Program-made: the position numbers and the translations under genes
The notes under the pieces: generated by a model
The model's database searches: none
What the model was told of the DNA's origin: nothing
The model's input: the letters and a program-made list of their open reading frames with translations, nothing else
NCBI GenBank assembly: GCA_965200245.1
Contig: CBDATS010000005.1
Coordinates: 512,001 to 576,000 of the forward strand
Direction of reading: 5' to 3'
Source: a bacterium
GTDB lineage: Bacteria > UBA8248
Length of the DNA stretch: 64,000 nucleotides
In this document: piece after piece, positions 39,956 through 51,581 of the stretch
How the letters are laid out: every line of letters starts with the position of its first letter
How positions within the stretch are numbered: the stretch's first letter is position 1

Positions 39956-42816
39956 GCAGAACCCTCTGGGAGCAGGATGTATATCCCCATCATATCCATG
40001 GGCAGGACGGGATAGACTACTTGGTAACGCTGTTTATCCATCAGCGCACTGAAACGTTCGTGTGCAGCGACCAAGCGTTTGGATTGCTCCTCTGCGAGTT
40101 CGATGAACACTCCATCCAGCCGATCGAGGAGGTTCAGTTCGTTTTCAAGGAAAGCCATACGCGCTTCTGAACTCAGGTTGCTGCTGGCACAGACCTCGCA
40201 CAACAACTTATGTGCCCATTCGTGATCGAGGGACTCTCCGTCTTCTGGAGTGCCTCGCCAGCCCCAGAGTAGCATTTCCTCAGCAACAATCTGGTGGTTT
40301 CCCTTACTTTGTTCGATTACGTTTCGGCATCGGAAGAGCAGCAGTGTGGTTTTAGTCTCGACCTGCTTGGTACGGATGACAGAAGCGCGGGCCGCACGTT
40401 TACTCTCACGATTGACGGTGTTGGCCATGACCAGTTGGCATAACTGTTCAACGAAGCGGTGATTACGGCCGAGATAGTGGTAACCCTCTGGCGTAGGGGA
40501 GTCGAAGCTGATCTTGACGAGTTGTCCCTTTGGCAAAAGGCCATCTAGCTGATGTGGCAGATTGCCAGTTACGATGCCGAATCCCTGCTCCTCAGTGGTA
40601 ACTTGGACGCCGAAGAGGGCGGAGAGTGCGCCAGTCACAAAGTCCTTTACCGCGTTTGGATCGCCGATGGCCTCGTCTACGATGCGCAAGTCTTCTTCGA
40701 TCTCAGACGCCTTTATAGCGTTTTGGGCAAAGATACTGCGTGAGGCTTTTTCACGAGCGACTGCCTCGTCAATCTTCCGCGTTACACTCTCCTTGGCTTC
40801 TGCAGCCTCATCGAATTCACTGAAATCAAAGAGTGTGCCTTGTTGTGGTGTTCTGCGTGTCTGAATGCGGCGGTTGGGGTTTAAGAGCAACGACTGGGTA
40901 ATTGTGTCGATGATGCTCTGCGAATCCTCTGGAAAGGGCACGCTGATACCAGTATCTCGCCTGATTTCGCGCACCTTGCGCAGAAGTACGTCAAGCACGA
41001 TGCTATCAATAGGATTATCGGCGCCGTAAAGGGGACAGGCCTTGACCTCTGGCGCCTGCTGTCCGAAACGGTCGACTCGGCCTTCGCGCTGTTCAAGACG
41101 ATTCGGATTCCATGGCAGGTCGTAGTGGAGGACCGCGGTGAACAACTCCTGCAGGTTTATACCTTCGCTCAAACAATCGGTGGCAATAAGGATGCGAGGA
41201 TGGCTACCAGCCATCCCCTCGATACGCTGTTTACGCAGTTCGTCCGGATCCTCACTGGTGATAACTTGCAGATCCAAGTTCGGATTTTTCTTGGTCAACA
41301 GTGGGGCCAGATGCTCACCCACGTAGTTAGCGGTCGGAATGTAGCGGCAGAATACTACTGGGAAAAAACCGGACGATATCCATTCTTCAAGAACGATGGA
41401 GGCTGCGTAGAGCTTCTGATCGTCGTTGGTTCCGGCAAAGGACTCGAGCCGCTTGGAGAAACTGCGGAGTTGTCGGCGTTGATGATCAGTCCAATCTTCT
41501 AGCTCCACAACCTGGGTGGGTGCGTTATCGGTTTCCATGCCTAATTCCAGATCACCAACCGGATTGAGGTCAGGTTCCTCTTCAACGGACTCCATGTAGC
41601 CATCCTCCGTCTCCACGAGCTTATCAAGACGAGAGGCAAGCATTTTCATCCCGGTTCCTGGGCTCGACATGACGCCGCGAAGCAGGCCAAGCGCCGTCCA
41701 ATAGTGAACTCGTTTTCTCTTCTTCCCGGGGCCTTCTGACACAATCAGTTTGCGGACAAAATTCAACACGTCGTTGAATAGTTCAGCATAAGCAGATGAA
41801 ATGTCGTAGTTCCATTCGACCACATCACGGTTGGGAAAAGGCGTGTCCTCTCCCATCCACTTTTCCACGTCGGCTCGCTTACGTTGTACAAAATGTTTGG
41901 CCAAGTTGCGTCGTTCGGACTGACTGGAATTCGGCAAGTCCAGATTCATGAAGCTGGCATTCAGCAGACCCAGCAAAGAATGGAACTCCTCCGGCTTGCC
42001 ACTGTGGGGAGTCGCCGTGAGCATAATTAGGTGCTTTTCAGGTTTGTCTGCCAGATCACGAAGTAAGTGGTATCGTTGTTGTTGCGATTTGGAAGCGCCT
42101 GCGGGGAGGGCGCAGGTGTGGACTTCGTCGACGATGGCAAGTTCTGGGCATTGCTCGGTGAATACGGCACGACGACTGTCCGCTTTGATGTAGTCTATGC
42201 TGATGATCTGGTAGGGGTAGTAGTCGTATACACTTGTATCTCCTTGGATCATTCGATCCAACCTCGCCTGAGTATTGGAGCGGATGATTACAGCCTCGAT
42301 ACCGAGCTTGGCACGGAGTTCTTGCTGCCATTGGTCACAGAGGTGTGGCAAACAAATAACTGCAAAGCGCTTCACCTGGGCACGCTCAATCATTTCGCGC
42401 ACGATGAGTAGAGCCTCCACGGTCTTGCCTACACCAACGTCATCGGCGATCAGTAGCCGAACGGTGTCCTGCTGCAGAGCCATCACAAGCGGTACGATCT
42501 GATAGGCCCGGGGACGGAAGGAGAGCTTGGCCAAGGCCCGAAACGGACCAGCACCATTGCGAAAAGCCAAGCGGGCGGCGTTATAGAGAAGACGAGCCGT
42601 CGAAATGTCCCCAAGATCCTCAGAGTCGGGAGACGCAAAGTAAGCGTCTTGAGGGACATCGCCCGGTATCTCAAGCGGAAGGTATATTCCAGTAGTCTCT
42701 TCGTCGGAACCGCCCAGTGGCTTAACCATAAGCAAGTCGGGAGTCTCAGACGGCAGAACAACCCACTCGCGGCCGCGGAGTGAAACAAGTTTCCCTGGTT
42801 ATAGCGACGTACTCAT
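39952..42816 (-). pseudogene. SNF2-family helicase (DrmD-like), TAA at codon 6
   Basis: ATG at 42816 gives MSTSL*PGKLVSLRGREWVVLP; ADDVGVGKT, DEVH, TATPH and QREGRVDR motifs; GTGA overlap with the MTase. Confidence 0.9.
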
Positions 42817-45800
42817 CGGACTTTTGCGAAAATATCAGGACGTTTGGCAATCTTGGCAGCAATATCTTCACGATAATGCCAAGTCCAGACCTCATCACCA
42901 CGGGCAATTATCAACTGTCGCTGTTCATTATCGCACTGCTGCACCTCTAGATCATCATGGGGCGTTCCATCGCAGAATACCCAGATCCGAGGTTCGTAGT
43001 AGAAGTCTGGCTGGCAGTAGATCCCAGGTACTCGTTTTTGAGCAGCGTCCGGCAACCGTAGCCCATTCCGGTAAAGGTATTCGATAAAAGTGCGCTCAGT
43101 CGATGAGTTCGGATCCAGATGCTCAAGCATATGTTGATACTGTTCCTCGTAGTCCTTGAAAGCCAAGTTTTTCTGTACCTCGATATCGACAAGTCCGAGT
43201 TTCTTTAGAGCATCCCGAATCAGAAATCGATCAAGTCGCTGATGGTCTCTATGGTTATAATAACTCATGAGATCGTCGTACGATGCCGGAGCCTTGTATT
43301 CATCATCGTCGAACCGACATATTTGCGTAGCAACTTCGATAACCTTTCGGAAAATTGTCACATCTTCGGCAAACTGAGAGAGTATGCCCAGGCTTCCTTC
43401 AGTCGCTTCATAGAGAAGAATATTAGGGCACTCCAGATCACCTATCGAACTTACGCCGATCTCACTCGGTTCTACCTGAAAGACGGTCTCAATCCCCCGC
43501 TTTAAGGCATATTGAAGGGTGATAACGCCGGCGGACTCCAGACCCAAAACCTCAATCGGTTCAATATAAAGGGCATCGGCAATATTGGAGGTCCAAAGTT
43601 TGACAATACGGCATTCCTCGCGTGCACCGGGAATCGGTTCCGGCATTGAGTTGCGCCAGTTGCCCGAAGTCAACTCTATTGGGAAACCTTCGGCCTGGCG
43701 TGAGCGCCACCCTCTATTCACACTGACCAGACGCGCTGCCGGAATGAAACGAAGATTGAGCAGGGGATTCTCGCCCAAGCGAGCTATGACCCGACGAATA
43801 CTCGCGAAATTCCCTCCGTCGACATGAAAAAATGAATCGACTTGATATCCACGAGAGATGCGTTCCTCCTCCTCGCACGTAATGCGGGCTATTTCTTCAC
43901 CCCGCGATTCACTCATCTCCAACAGATCGTGTATGTGTTCTCTGTTTGCGTTGTCGCTCAGATTAAGATCGGAGAAAGGGCACAACTCAAGATCTTGCTG
44001 ATCTCCTATCAGAAAATACCCGGCACGTTTACTGATCTTCGCCTCTGTTAGCGATGATCCTGCGTCTTGGACGACCAACTGCGAAACCTGGAACTTACTC
44101 CCGTTGTGGTAGATGAGATTGAGTGGGCCGAATTCGCGCAAGGCGACAGCACGCGGACGAGAGATATACTCTCCTGAAGTCTCACCAGAGGGCACGAAAA
44201 TCCGTACAGGGAGACGCGTAAAGTTGTAACCTGGGAGAAATCCTTCGGAGGCTAAATAACGATACGGATAAAACTCGCTTAGTTCTAGAGATCCGCCTTG
44301 CTCGTTTCGCAGAAGATTGAGCTGTCGGTTGGCCTGGTCCTGCAACCGCTTATATTTCTTGTATTCTTTGCTTCCCACCTTGAGGCGACCTGACTCGATC
44401 GGTTGGGTTGCACGGGTCAATAGCACCCGAGTGTTCTGAAACATTTTGCGCCAGCGATCCATGGCTTTGTCGAGATTTTCCGCGAGGTTGTTCAGGTTCC
44501 GGTCGATCCAATCGTCGCTATACCATGCATTAGGCATGACTTTCAGATCCTCGGAGAAATCTTTGATCACACTTTGGAAGGTCATCTTAAGTGATTTAAA
44601 TGTCGTAGGTCCAAGCTTAAGTCCTTCGACGATGCTAGGCGAGAGAGGCATAGCTACGTCGCTGTCTGTGACAAGCTGCATTAAAGACGGGCGTTCACCG
44701 CCGCCCGCTTCCATTCCAGGTAGGCCAATTGCGCTGACAGTTAGAGCGTGCAAGTGTGTAAGAAGTAGTTCATGGTTGCACAGGTCAATCCGCGGTGCTT
44801 GCACGACACCTGCTACCAGTTCTGCTTGGCGTTGGAAATAGTGACGGTCATGAGCAGAGAAACCCGAGCAGTAAGTGAACACCTATGCTCCTTGCCCACT
44901 TCTACCTGCTCTGCCAGACCGCTGCACGTAATTTGCTGCATTGGGCGGAGCATTGCGCATGTGAACGACGCTCAGACCACCGATATCCACACCCAGTTCC
45001 ATAGTCGGCGAGCAGAAAAGTGCGCTTATCGATTCACTACGAATCTTGGCTTCGTCGGGAACTTTTTTGGACTCATCAAGATACCATTCTGCTCGAAATC
45101 GGTCTTCGTGGTCTTGTCGTGCGTCAACTCCGAGTTGACCGGTATGATCCGCCGCGACCAACCGTTTGCCGTTAGAAAGATCCAGATTATACATCTCTTG
45201 GAAAAAGGTATTCGGGGTAGGTTTCTGATCCTTGCATGAGCGTCGTTTAATCGGATCCGGCCTGACGGTCTCCCCGTCTCCGGGTTTCCAAAGAATCTTA
45301 TCAATACGGAGCCGATATACTGGTACTTCCTCTTTATTCACATTTTCGGCAATTTCTTCGAAAAGATAGTCGGCGTCTGTCAATTTGCGCATTAATCGCA
45401 GGATGAAGTTACGGTAGAGGTCACCTTGAAGAGTCCCCGGATCGATGTCAGATTGTGCCATAAAGTGCTTGATGTACTTCCCGAGCGAACTCGCGGGACC
45501 CATGCTCTTGTTGGAGAGATGAACCCTCTTATGCAGTGGATCGAGCCGAATGACTGAAGGCGCTGGCAGTTCTTCATCTGCGTCGAGAGTCCACGGCGCC
45601 TTCAGTTGCTCACGGAAGCGTTTCTCGAATTCTTTGAGACGATTAGGACTCAAATAGTTTTTGCTATAGATGGCATATTCGAGGCGGAAATAGTCGAGAA
45701 CTGTGACAATAAACTCGCGACGATCCGTATGGCCTAGGCTGTTTACAAATTCAAGGTCGGCCCAAAACTCGTCTGCAACAACAATCTCATCAATGTCTAG

Positions 45801-47984
45801 GTAGTCGATATCCAGAAGGGCACATTGTTCCAGGTTGGGAAGGACGATGCGCCAACTACGACGAAGATCCGCTAGAGCACGAAAGAGCAGATAATCTTGG
45901 AGAGCTTTATCATACTTCCGCTTAACTGGGGCCAATGTCGGTTCCGAATCACGGTTACCGTAATCACGGAAAGACAAAGATAATGATTTAAAAAGCGCTT
46001 CACCAAGTGTCGCGTAGTTAAGCACACCATCCGTAGCAGTCTGAAGCGCTTGACGGATCCCGGCACGAAGACGAACGACCTTGACGAAATCATTAAAGTG
46101 ACCGGCTTGTAGAGCAGCGTCTTGCCGGTTGTCAGTGAAGCTCAGAAGCTTCTGGTCACGCAGAGACTGTCCGCCGTCTCGCAAACGGTTGAGGGTCAAA
46201 AAAGCCGTGATGGTTGTCCAAGTGCTTCGCCCTTCGTTGCCAAGTTGTGTCAGCTTTGTCCCTTCATTCGCCTTGACGTCATAGAACACACCTCCAGTCG
46301 GGTCGAAGAGGAGTGGGGCTCTCATGAACCAGCCCCGATACTTCATTGATTCTGTATCGGAGAAGTTTCCATATTCGTCGAAGTATAACTTAATAGGAAA
46401 TTGTGCGATTTTTTTTGAATCTGGAACCTTCCTTCCGTTCGCGCGGATCCGTGTCCAGGCTTCCGGCAGGTAGTCGATATCCTGATCCGGATCCCATATC
46501 TCGTCACCGATGATCAGATAGCCATCCGTGGAATCTTCCTCATCATCACCTGCAGCACGAAATTCCCGGGGCTTTAGTTGTCCATCTACCAAGGAAACAC
46601 AGATAAAAGGGTGGCCTGTGGCCCTGCTGAAGACATTGGGGAATATAGGCATGCTATTGTCATCGCGTTTGTAGATACCCGGCTCAAGAGTGATGAACCG
46701 AGCTTCATCTTAGGCGAGCGTCGTGTAAACCGACCCTGTTTGAGCGATGAACTGGTGGAGCTTGTAAGGTAGGATCGTATAGGGTGAGTTATCTTCTTGA
46801 ATACGCTGGTTGACAAAGCTTATCCATTCGAGTGTTGTCTCGAGAGCCAAACGGCTTTTTGCTTCTGGTGCTCCTGAGTCTTCAGCAAGTGTCACGACGA
46901 CATCCCTGAATTCCATAGGCCGACGTCGAAGCAAGCGCCCATCACACACATCAAGCGCAATGCGGTTTTCAAACCAGATTGCCACTGGATGCTTGCGTAG
47001 TTCGTTCTCACTTGCATCAGTATCTATACCTGCGGTTATGGCCGTATGAAGCTCTTGTTTGGAAGGAAGTGCACCTACAGCACCGAGCGACTGAGCCAGT
47101 GTCTCTTCAATAATTTGGGTAGGCTGGAATTGTCGACCGAAGACCTTACTAGCGACACCCGCGACTTCCTCCCGACGTGACTCTACACTATCTGCCGAGA
47201 TCATGGTCGCAGAGGTGCCAATGCAGCAGATCGATTGCTTGCATTGTGACTGGATGCGCCGGATGAGCATGGAAACGTCCGCACCTTGCCTTCCGCGGTA
47301 GGTGTGAAGCTCGTCAAAGACGAGATAACGAAGGTTGTTGAAAATGGCATCTCGGATGGGCCGTTCTTGCATTCGGGTTAGCAGAAGTTCAAGCATCATG
47401 TAATTGGTGAGGAGAACTTGCGGGGGTTCGTTACGAATCCTCTCCCGTCGCTGCTCACTTTCCTGGCCGGTGTACTGCGCAAAGGTAATGGGAAAAGTTT
47501 GTCCTGCGTTCTTTTCGTAATTGCCCTTATAGGTGCTGAATTCGTTCGTTTGCGAGTTAATTAGGGCGTTCATTGGATAAACGATGACCGCCACAACTCC
47601 TTCCGAACGACCATTATCAAGCAAATGATCGAAAATCGTGGCGATATAGGTCAGTGATTTACCTGAACCAGTTCCAGAAGTCACGACAAAATCGGAGCCA
47701 TTTCCCCCTAGTTCAATGGCCTCACGTTGATGGCGATAGAGAGAATATCCATCAAAGATATGGCGAGCGTCATTATGCAGTAATCCTGAGTCAACTACCT
47801 GTTCAACAGTACCAACCTGTTCGTAGGCAGGATTGAATTGCAATAGAGGTTCTGGCCAGAGGCGACCCTCGGAAAGCGACTCTTCGACCTTCTCTGCGAT
47901 TTCTGGGTCGGAAATATTGATAAAACTGCCAATGTATGACGCATAGTCAGCAATAATCTGCTTGTGTGTATCAAAGACATTCAT
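42813..47984 (-). pseudogene. YprA-like SF2 DEAD/DEAH helicase fused to DUF1998 and a C-terminal PD-(D/E)xK/Vsr-like nuclease (about 1720 codons), two in-frame stops
   Basis: [52 protein letters not shown] and PDFYY...CDG..H motifs; TAA at 46710-46712 and TAG at 44883-44885, all in one frame. Confidence 0.9.
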
Positions 47985-48098
47985 AGCTGGGCCCTTAGAA
48001 ATTACACTCGTGTCAGGAGAAAAGAGCATTACATTGTACTACCAACTTTGTAGCGAACACCAACCCCAAGTAATGGTATCGATCTTTACTTGGTTGTG

Positions 48099-49399
48099 TT
48101 TAAACGAGTTCCCCGATGATTTCGTGTTGATTTTGGGTTCAGGCGATTGATTTCATGGGGGATATTGCGGGCGGGAACAGAAATGCCGTTCCCATGTACA
48201 TCGAAACCGTTCCCAACCGGAATTCACCGCCTGCCATCCTGTTGCGCGAAGGATGGCGTGAGGGCGGGAAAGTCAGAAAACGCACGCTGGCCAACCTCCC
48301 GAAATGGCCCCAAAGCAGGACCGACACCCTGCGCCGTCTGCTGCGGAACGAACCCCCTGTTGGTTGGACGATGCCTTCGACATCGTGCGTTCCCGACCCC
48401 ACGGCCATGTCGCCGCAGTGCCCGGCACACTGCGGAAGCCGGGTCTGGAGCGGATCATCGCCCCCGGCGCTCCTGCGCGCGTGACCGCGTGGTGGCGATA
48501 ATCGTCGCCCGGGTACCCGATCCGGGGTCCGGGCCAGCCACTGCCCGGGTCCTGCCAGGGCCACGGCGCGGGATTCGCTGGCCGACACGCTGGATTTGGG
48601 TGCCGTGGACGGGGACGACCTGTATGCGGCCATGGACTGGCTGCCAGCGCGCCAGGAGCGGATCGAACAGAGCCTGGCCCGGCGGCATCTCGAAGAAGGC
48701 GCCCTGCGACCTAACCCCGGTCTGCGTGGAAGGACACCACTGCCCGCTGGCGAAGCGCGGGTATTCGCGCGATGGCAGGAAGGGCAAGGCTGCAGATCGA
48801 ATCCGGGTTGCCGTGCGACCGGGACGGCTGTCCCGGGGCGATGGGTTCGCAGGTCCGGAAGCTGCGGGAACGCTTCGGGCTGTCGAAGGTCGTTCTGGCG
48901 GGAGACCGGGGAATGCGGACCGGGGCGCGTGCGCGCAGGCGGGAGACCCTGCCGGAAGCTACGGAGAAGCTGCCGGAACCCATCGCTGCGGCAACGCGGC
49001 GGGAGAAGCGGCGCCTGAGAGGAAAGACAGGACCGGGCCGCGCGGGTGGGCAGGGTCATCGGCAGGTACAGGGTGGCCAGACATTTCGCGTGGCGGGTCG
49101 ACGCTGGGGGCCGGTTCCACTGCCGGCGCGACGCTCAGAGGTCGCCCAACGCAGGGCCCGGCGCAAACGCACCGACAGGGGCTGGCACGTGCACAGCTTC
49201 CGCACCCTGCTCACCGACCCTGCCACCATCACCCGCAACCGGTCAATGCTTCGCCTGGCCTGCTGACCTGCAGGACGAAGCCTTCCGTCTGCCCGGCGTG
49301 CCGTTGTAGTCCTGTTCCCGGTAACCAATTCCTGATTCATCGAAACAACCAGCATAATCAATGGGATAATCCGTGATAGCCGGGGAACTTCAGTTTAAA
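48099..49399 (+). mobile_element. IS1634 family insertion sequence remnant
   Basis: Fragments MYIETVPNRNSPPAILLRE, LYAAMDWL, GYSRDG, GDRGM and VHSFRTLL in different frames; imperfect TIRs TTTAAAC-GA-GTTCCCCG and CGGGGAACTTCAGTTTAAA. Confidence 0.85.
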
Positions 49400-49599
49400 A
49401 TAAAGGGAATGATTAGGAATTGTTCACCTACTCGGTTGCTTAATTCCCATTCTCTAGAGGGTCATCTTATAAGTGCTTTATAGCACGTTATATTGGTGCG
49501 TTAACTTTGGTTATCTATTCAATTAAAATCCATTGAATCAAGAACTTGTGAGAGTCTTGGCGGAATTCCCTCTCACCATTTCCACCAACAAGACAAATC

Positions 49600-50445
49600 T
49601 TACGCATCGATCATGGTGAGGGCAGCTCCTCGGGTTCCCATACCTTGTCGCACCCCCATTTTTTCAGCTACTCCATTCATACATGAAATGACACCATCTT
49701 CCCAAGTACTCATCACATCGCCAATACGTGCAGTCATGGTTCCGACCGCAGCCACTGCGATCCCCGCTCCCGCCAGATAGGGAAAAGAAGCGATGCCCGA
49801 ATCATCTTTTCCCCGGCCTGCGTCATTCGCAATTACCCCCTTCAGATTGAGCTTCAAGACATGAGGAACAAGAGTAAGTCCGCAGTGCGAGGCTTGGATG
49901 AAAACATCTCGGGGTCTCTGCTCATTAACAGAACGCAAGACGGGAATTCCCCACGAAGCGCGTATATTGCCGTTAGGAAAATGGCCTAATTCATAAATTC
50001 TATCATCAAGACTCTCCTCGACAACCACTTTCCGGCCCACTTCGGCATTCATCAAACAAATCGAGGCTTTGGCAACGGGCTGGCCAATTTCAACACCTAG
50101 ATCACGGGCCGCTCGATTCGCATGGCCGACTTCGCCTTGATAAACGGATTCACCCACTGCAAGTCTGGCCGACATTGTCTCACACGCCATTGCAGGAATA
50201 TTGTACTCTTGTGCCAAGCGCAGGCCGCTGATACCCGCATCATCCTTCCCAACTCCCGCTGCATGGGCGACGATTGCCCTTGCACCCAGGCGCATCGCCC
50301 AGGCAATCGTCATGCGCGCCGCGTAAGAACCCGAGATAAGCACGTCATTTTTTCCGGCCTTTTCGTCAAAATACGTCATCGAATCCGCCGAAATTATGCG
50401 GCCACGCGCGTCTTCGTAATGAATAATATGTTCATCTGTCGTCAT
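49600..50445 (-). CDS. Hypothetical protein made of two homologous domains
   Basis: Repeated AG.GKDD.GI...TM.AR...N..A...GV..G; ATG at 50445 lies downstream of a terminator. Confidence 0.75.
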   Translation of the reverse strand: MTTDEHIIHYEDARGRIISADSMTYFDEKAGKNDVLISGSYAARMTIAWAMRLGARAIVAHAAGVGKDDAGISGLRLAQEYNIPAMACETMSARLAVGESVYQGEVGHANRAARDLGVEIGQPVAKASICLMNAEVGRKVVVEESLDDRIYELGHFPNGNIRASWGIPVLRSVNEQRPRDVFIQASHCGLTLVPHVLKLNLKGVIANDAGRGKDDSGIASFPYLAGAGIAVAAVGTMTARIGDVMSTWEDGVISCMNGVAEKMGVRQGMGTRGAALTMIDA

Positions 50446-50501
50446 CAGATTCTCAATGAGAAAGTATGAAATAAAATGGTTGTAATACAGGTATTTCAAG
50501 T

Positions 50502-50536
50502 AAAAAGAATCGCCCGGTTGAAGTATCAACCGGGCG
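50502..50536 (-). terminator. Rho-independent terminator
   Basis: 11-bp stem CGCCCGGTTGA/TCAACCGGGCG followed by ATTCTTTTT on the minus strand. Confidence 0.8.
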
Positions 50537-50560
50537 TTGAATCATTTGCTCTCTTGGGCC

Positions 50561-50743
50561 TTAGTACTCAGCAGGAGCAATGCCCCCTTCACCGTCACTC
50601 AAAAAGGAAATTTCATCACCTACATCGTCTTCAGACGCATCGTATGCCAAATCCGATGGCAATATATCTCCAGATTCAGCAAAAAACTCTTCATCCAATA
50701 CAACTACGCTACCCGTAAATTCGAGCATTTCTTCCTCACCCAC
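50561..50743 (-). CDS. Small, highly acidic hypothetical protein
   Basis: 55-60 aa, rich in D/E with no K or R; GAGGA before the ATG of MLEF; terminator directly downstream. Confidence 0.5.
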   Translation of the reverse strand: MGEEEMLEFTGSVVVLDEEFFAESGDILPSDLAYDASEDDVGDEISFLSDGEGGIAPAEY

Positions 50744-50886
50744 GGGCAGTTTGATTAACCCCGAAATTCCTACAGGGGCTCACAAAGGGCGAAAGTATAC
50801 AATAATTTGCAAAACAAAAAAAGTGATACTTTTTTCAAGGCCGTCCGAAGTGTATTCGCCTGAAATATCTCAAGCAAGCGAAATGC

Positions 50887-51552
50887 TTACGCCATGTCTT
50901 TCGCCTGGAATTCGATTCGTCCTCCAGGAGGTTCCACCACCAAGTGAAGCGCCTCCGCCAGCCTGCCGGAAAGGTGCCACATACCACAAATAAAAGTGAG
51001 TTCCACAATCTGCCTATTGGAAAAGTATTTTTTCATCTCACTAAAAGCAAAATCGTTTTTCTTTGCGGTGAATTTCGACACTTCATCCGCCCACCGAATG
51101 ACAGCTTTTTCTTTTTCATCGAACAAATCGCTGTCTTTCCAATCATCGCTTTCTAACAGACTGATTTGCTCTTGTGTAAGTCCCAGGGCTCGACCGAGCT
51201 CCACGTTGTGCCCAATTCAGTTGTTACATTCAGTTAATATTGCCGTTTTGACGATGACGAGCTCCATGAGCCGTATGTAATCGGACTCTGTTTTCAATCG
51301 ATTCGTCCGAAGCTTTTGGTCAAGCAGCATCCACCCTTCCACCGTGGGGGGTGAATTTCCCAAGAGCTGCAGAAATCGTGGGACAGTGCCCCACATTCGC
51401 TTCGACCAATCATAGAGCGGAACGAGTTCCTCCGTGAGTTCTTCAGGTATGTTATCCGGATCAACGAAAGGCAACCTTGGCAGGGGACACGCCATCATCT
51501 CTTCGGTTACACCCAAATTATCTGGCAAACTCGTTGCTTTATCTATGGTCAT
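50887..51552 (-). CDS. AhpD/carboxymuconolactone decarboxylase-like selenoprotein (CxxU)
   Basis: Two track ORFs join in frame across TGA 51217-51219: ELVIVKTAILTECNN-U-IGHNVELGRALG...EKAVIRWADE...IVELT. RBS GAGGAG. Confidence 0.85.
51186..51216 (-). promoter_or_regulatory. Putative bacterial SECIS element
   Basis: After the TGA: GG(A)GCTC-GGTC-GAGCCC hairpin; G-first loop begins 21 nt downstream. Confidence 0.65.
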
Positions 51553-51581
51553 TGGGTTCTCCTCTAACAAGACTGTTGTGA

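Noticed and set aside
36281-47984. Alternative genetic code or programmed read-through explaining the in-frame stops
   Set aside because: The lesions mix TAA, TAG and frameshifts, and TAA/TAG end normal genes elsewhere in the window; decay is the simpler explanation.
48147-49376. 409-aa and 306-aa ORFs in the IS region as novel proteins
   Set aside because: Off-frame readings of a frameshifted IS1634 transposase.
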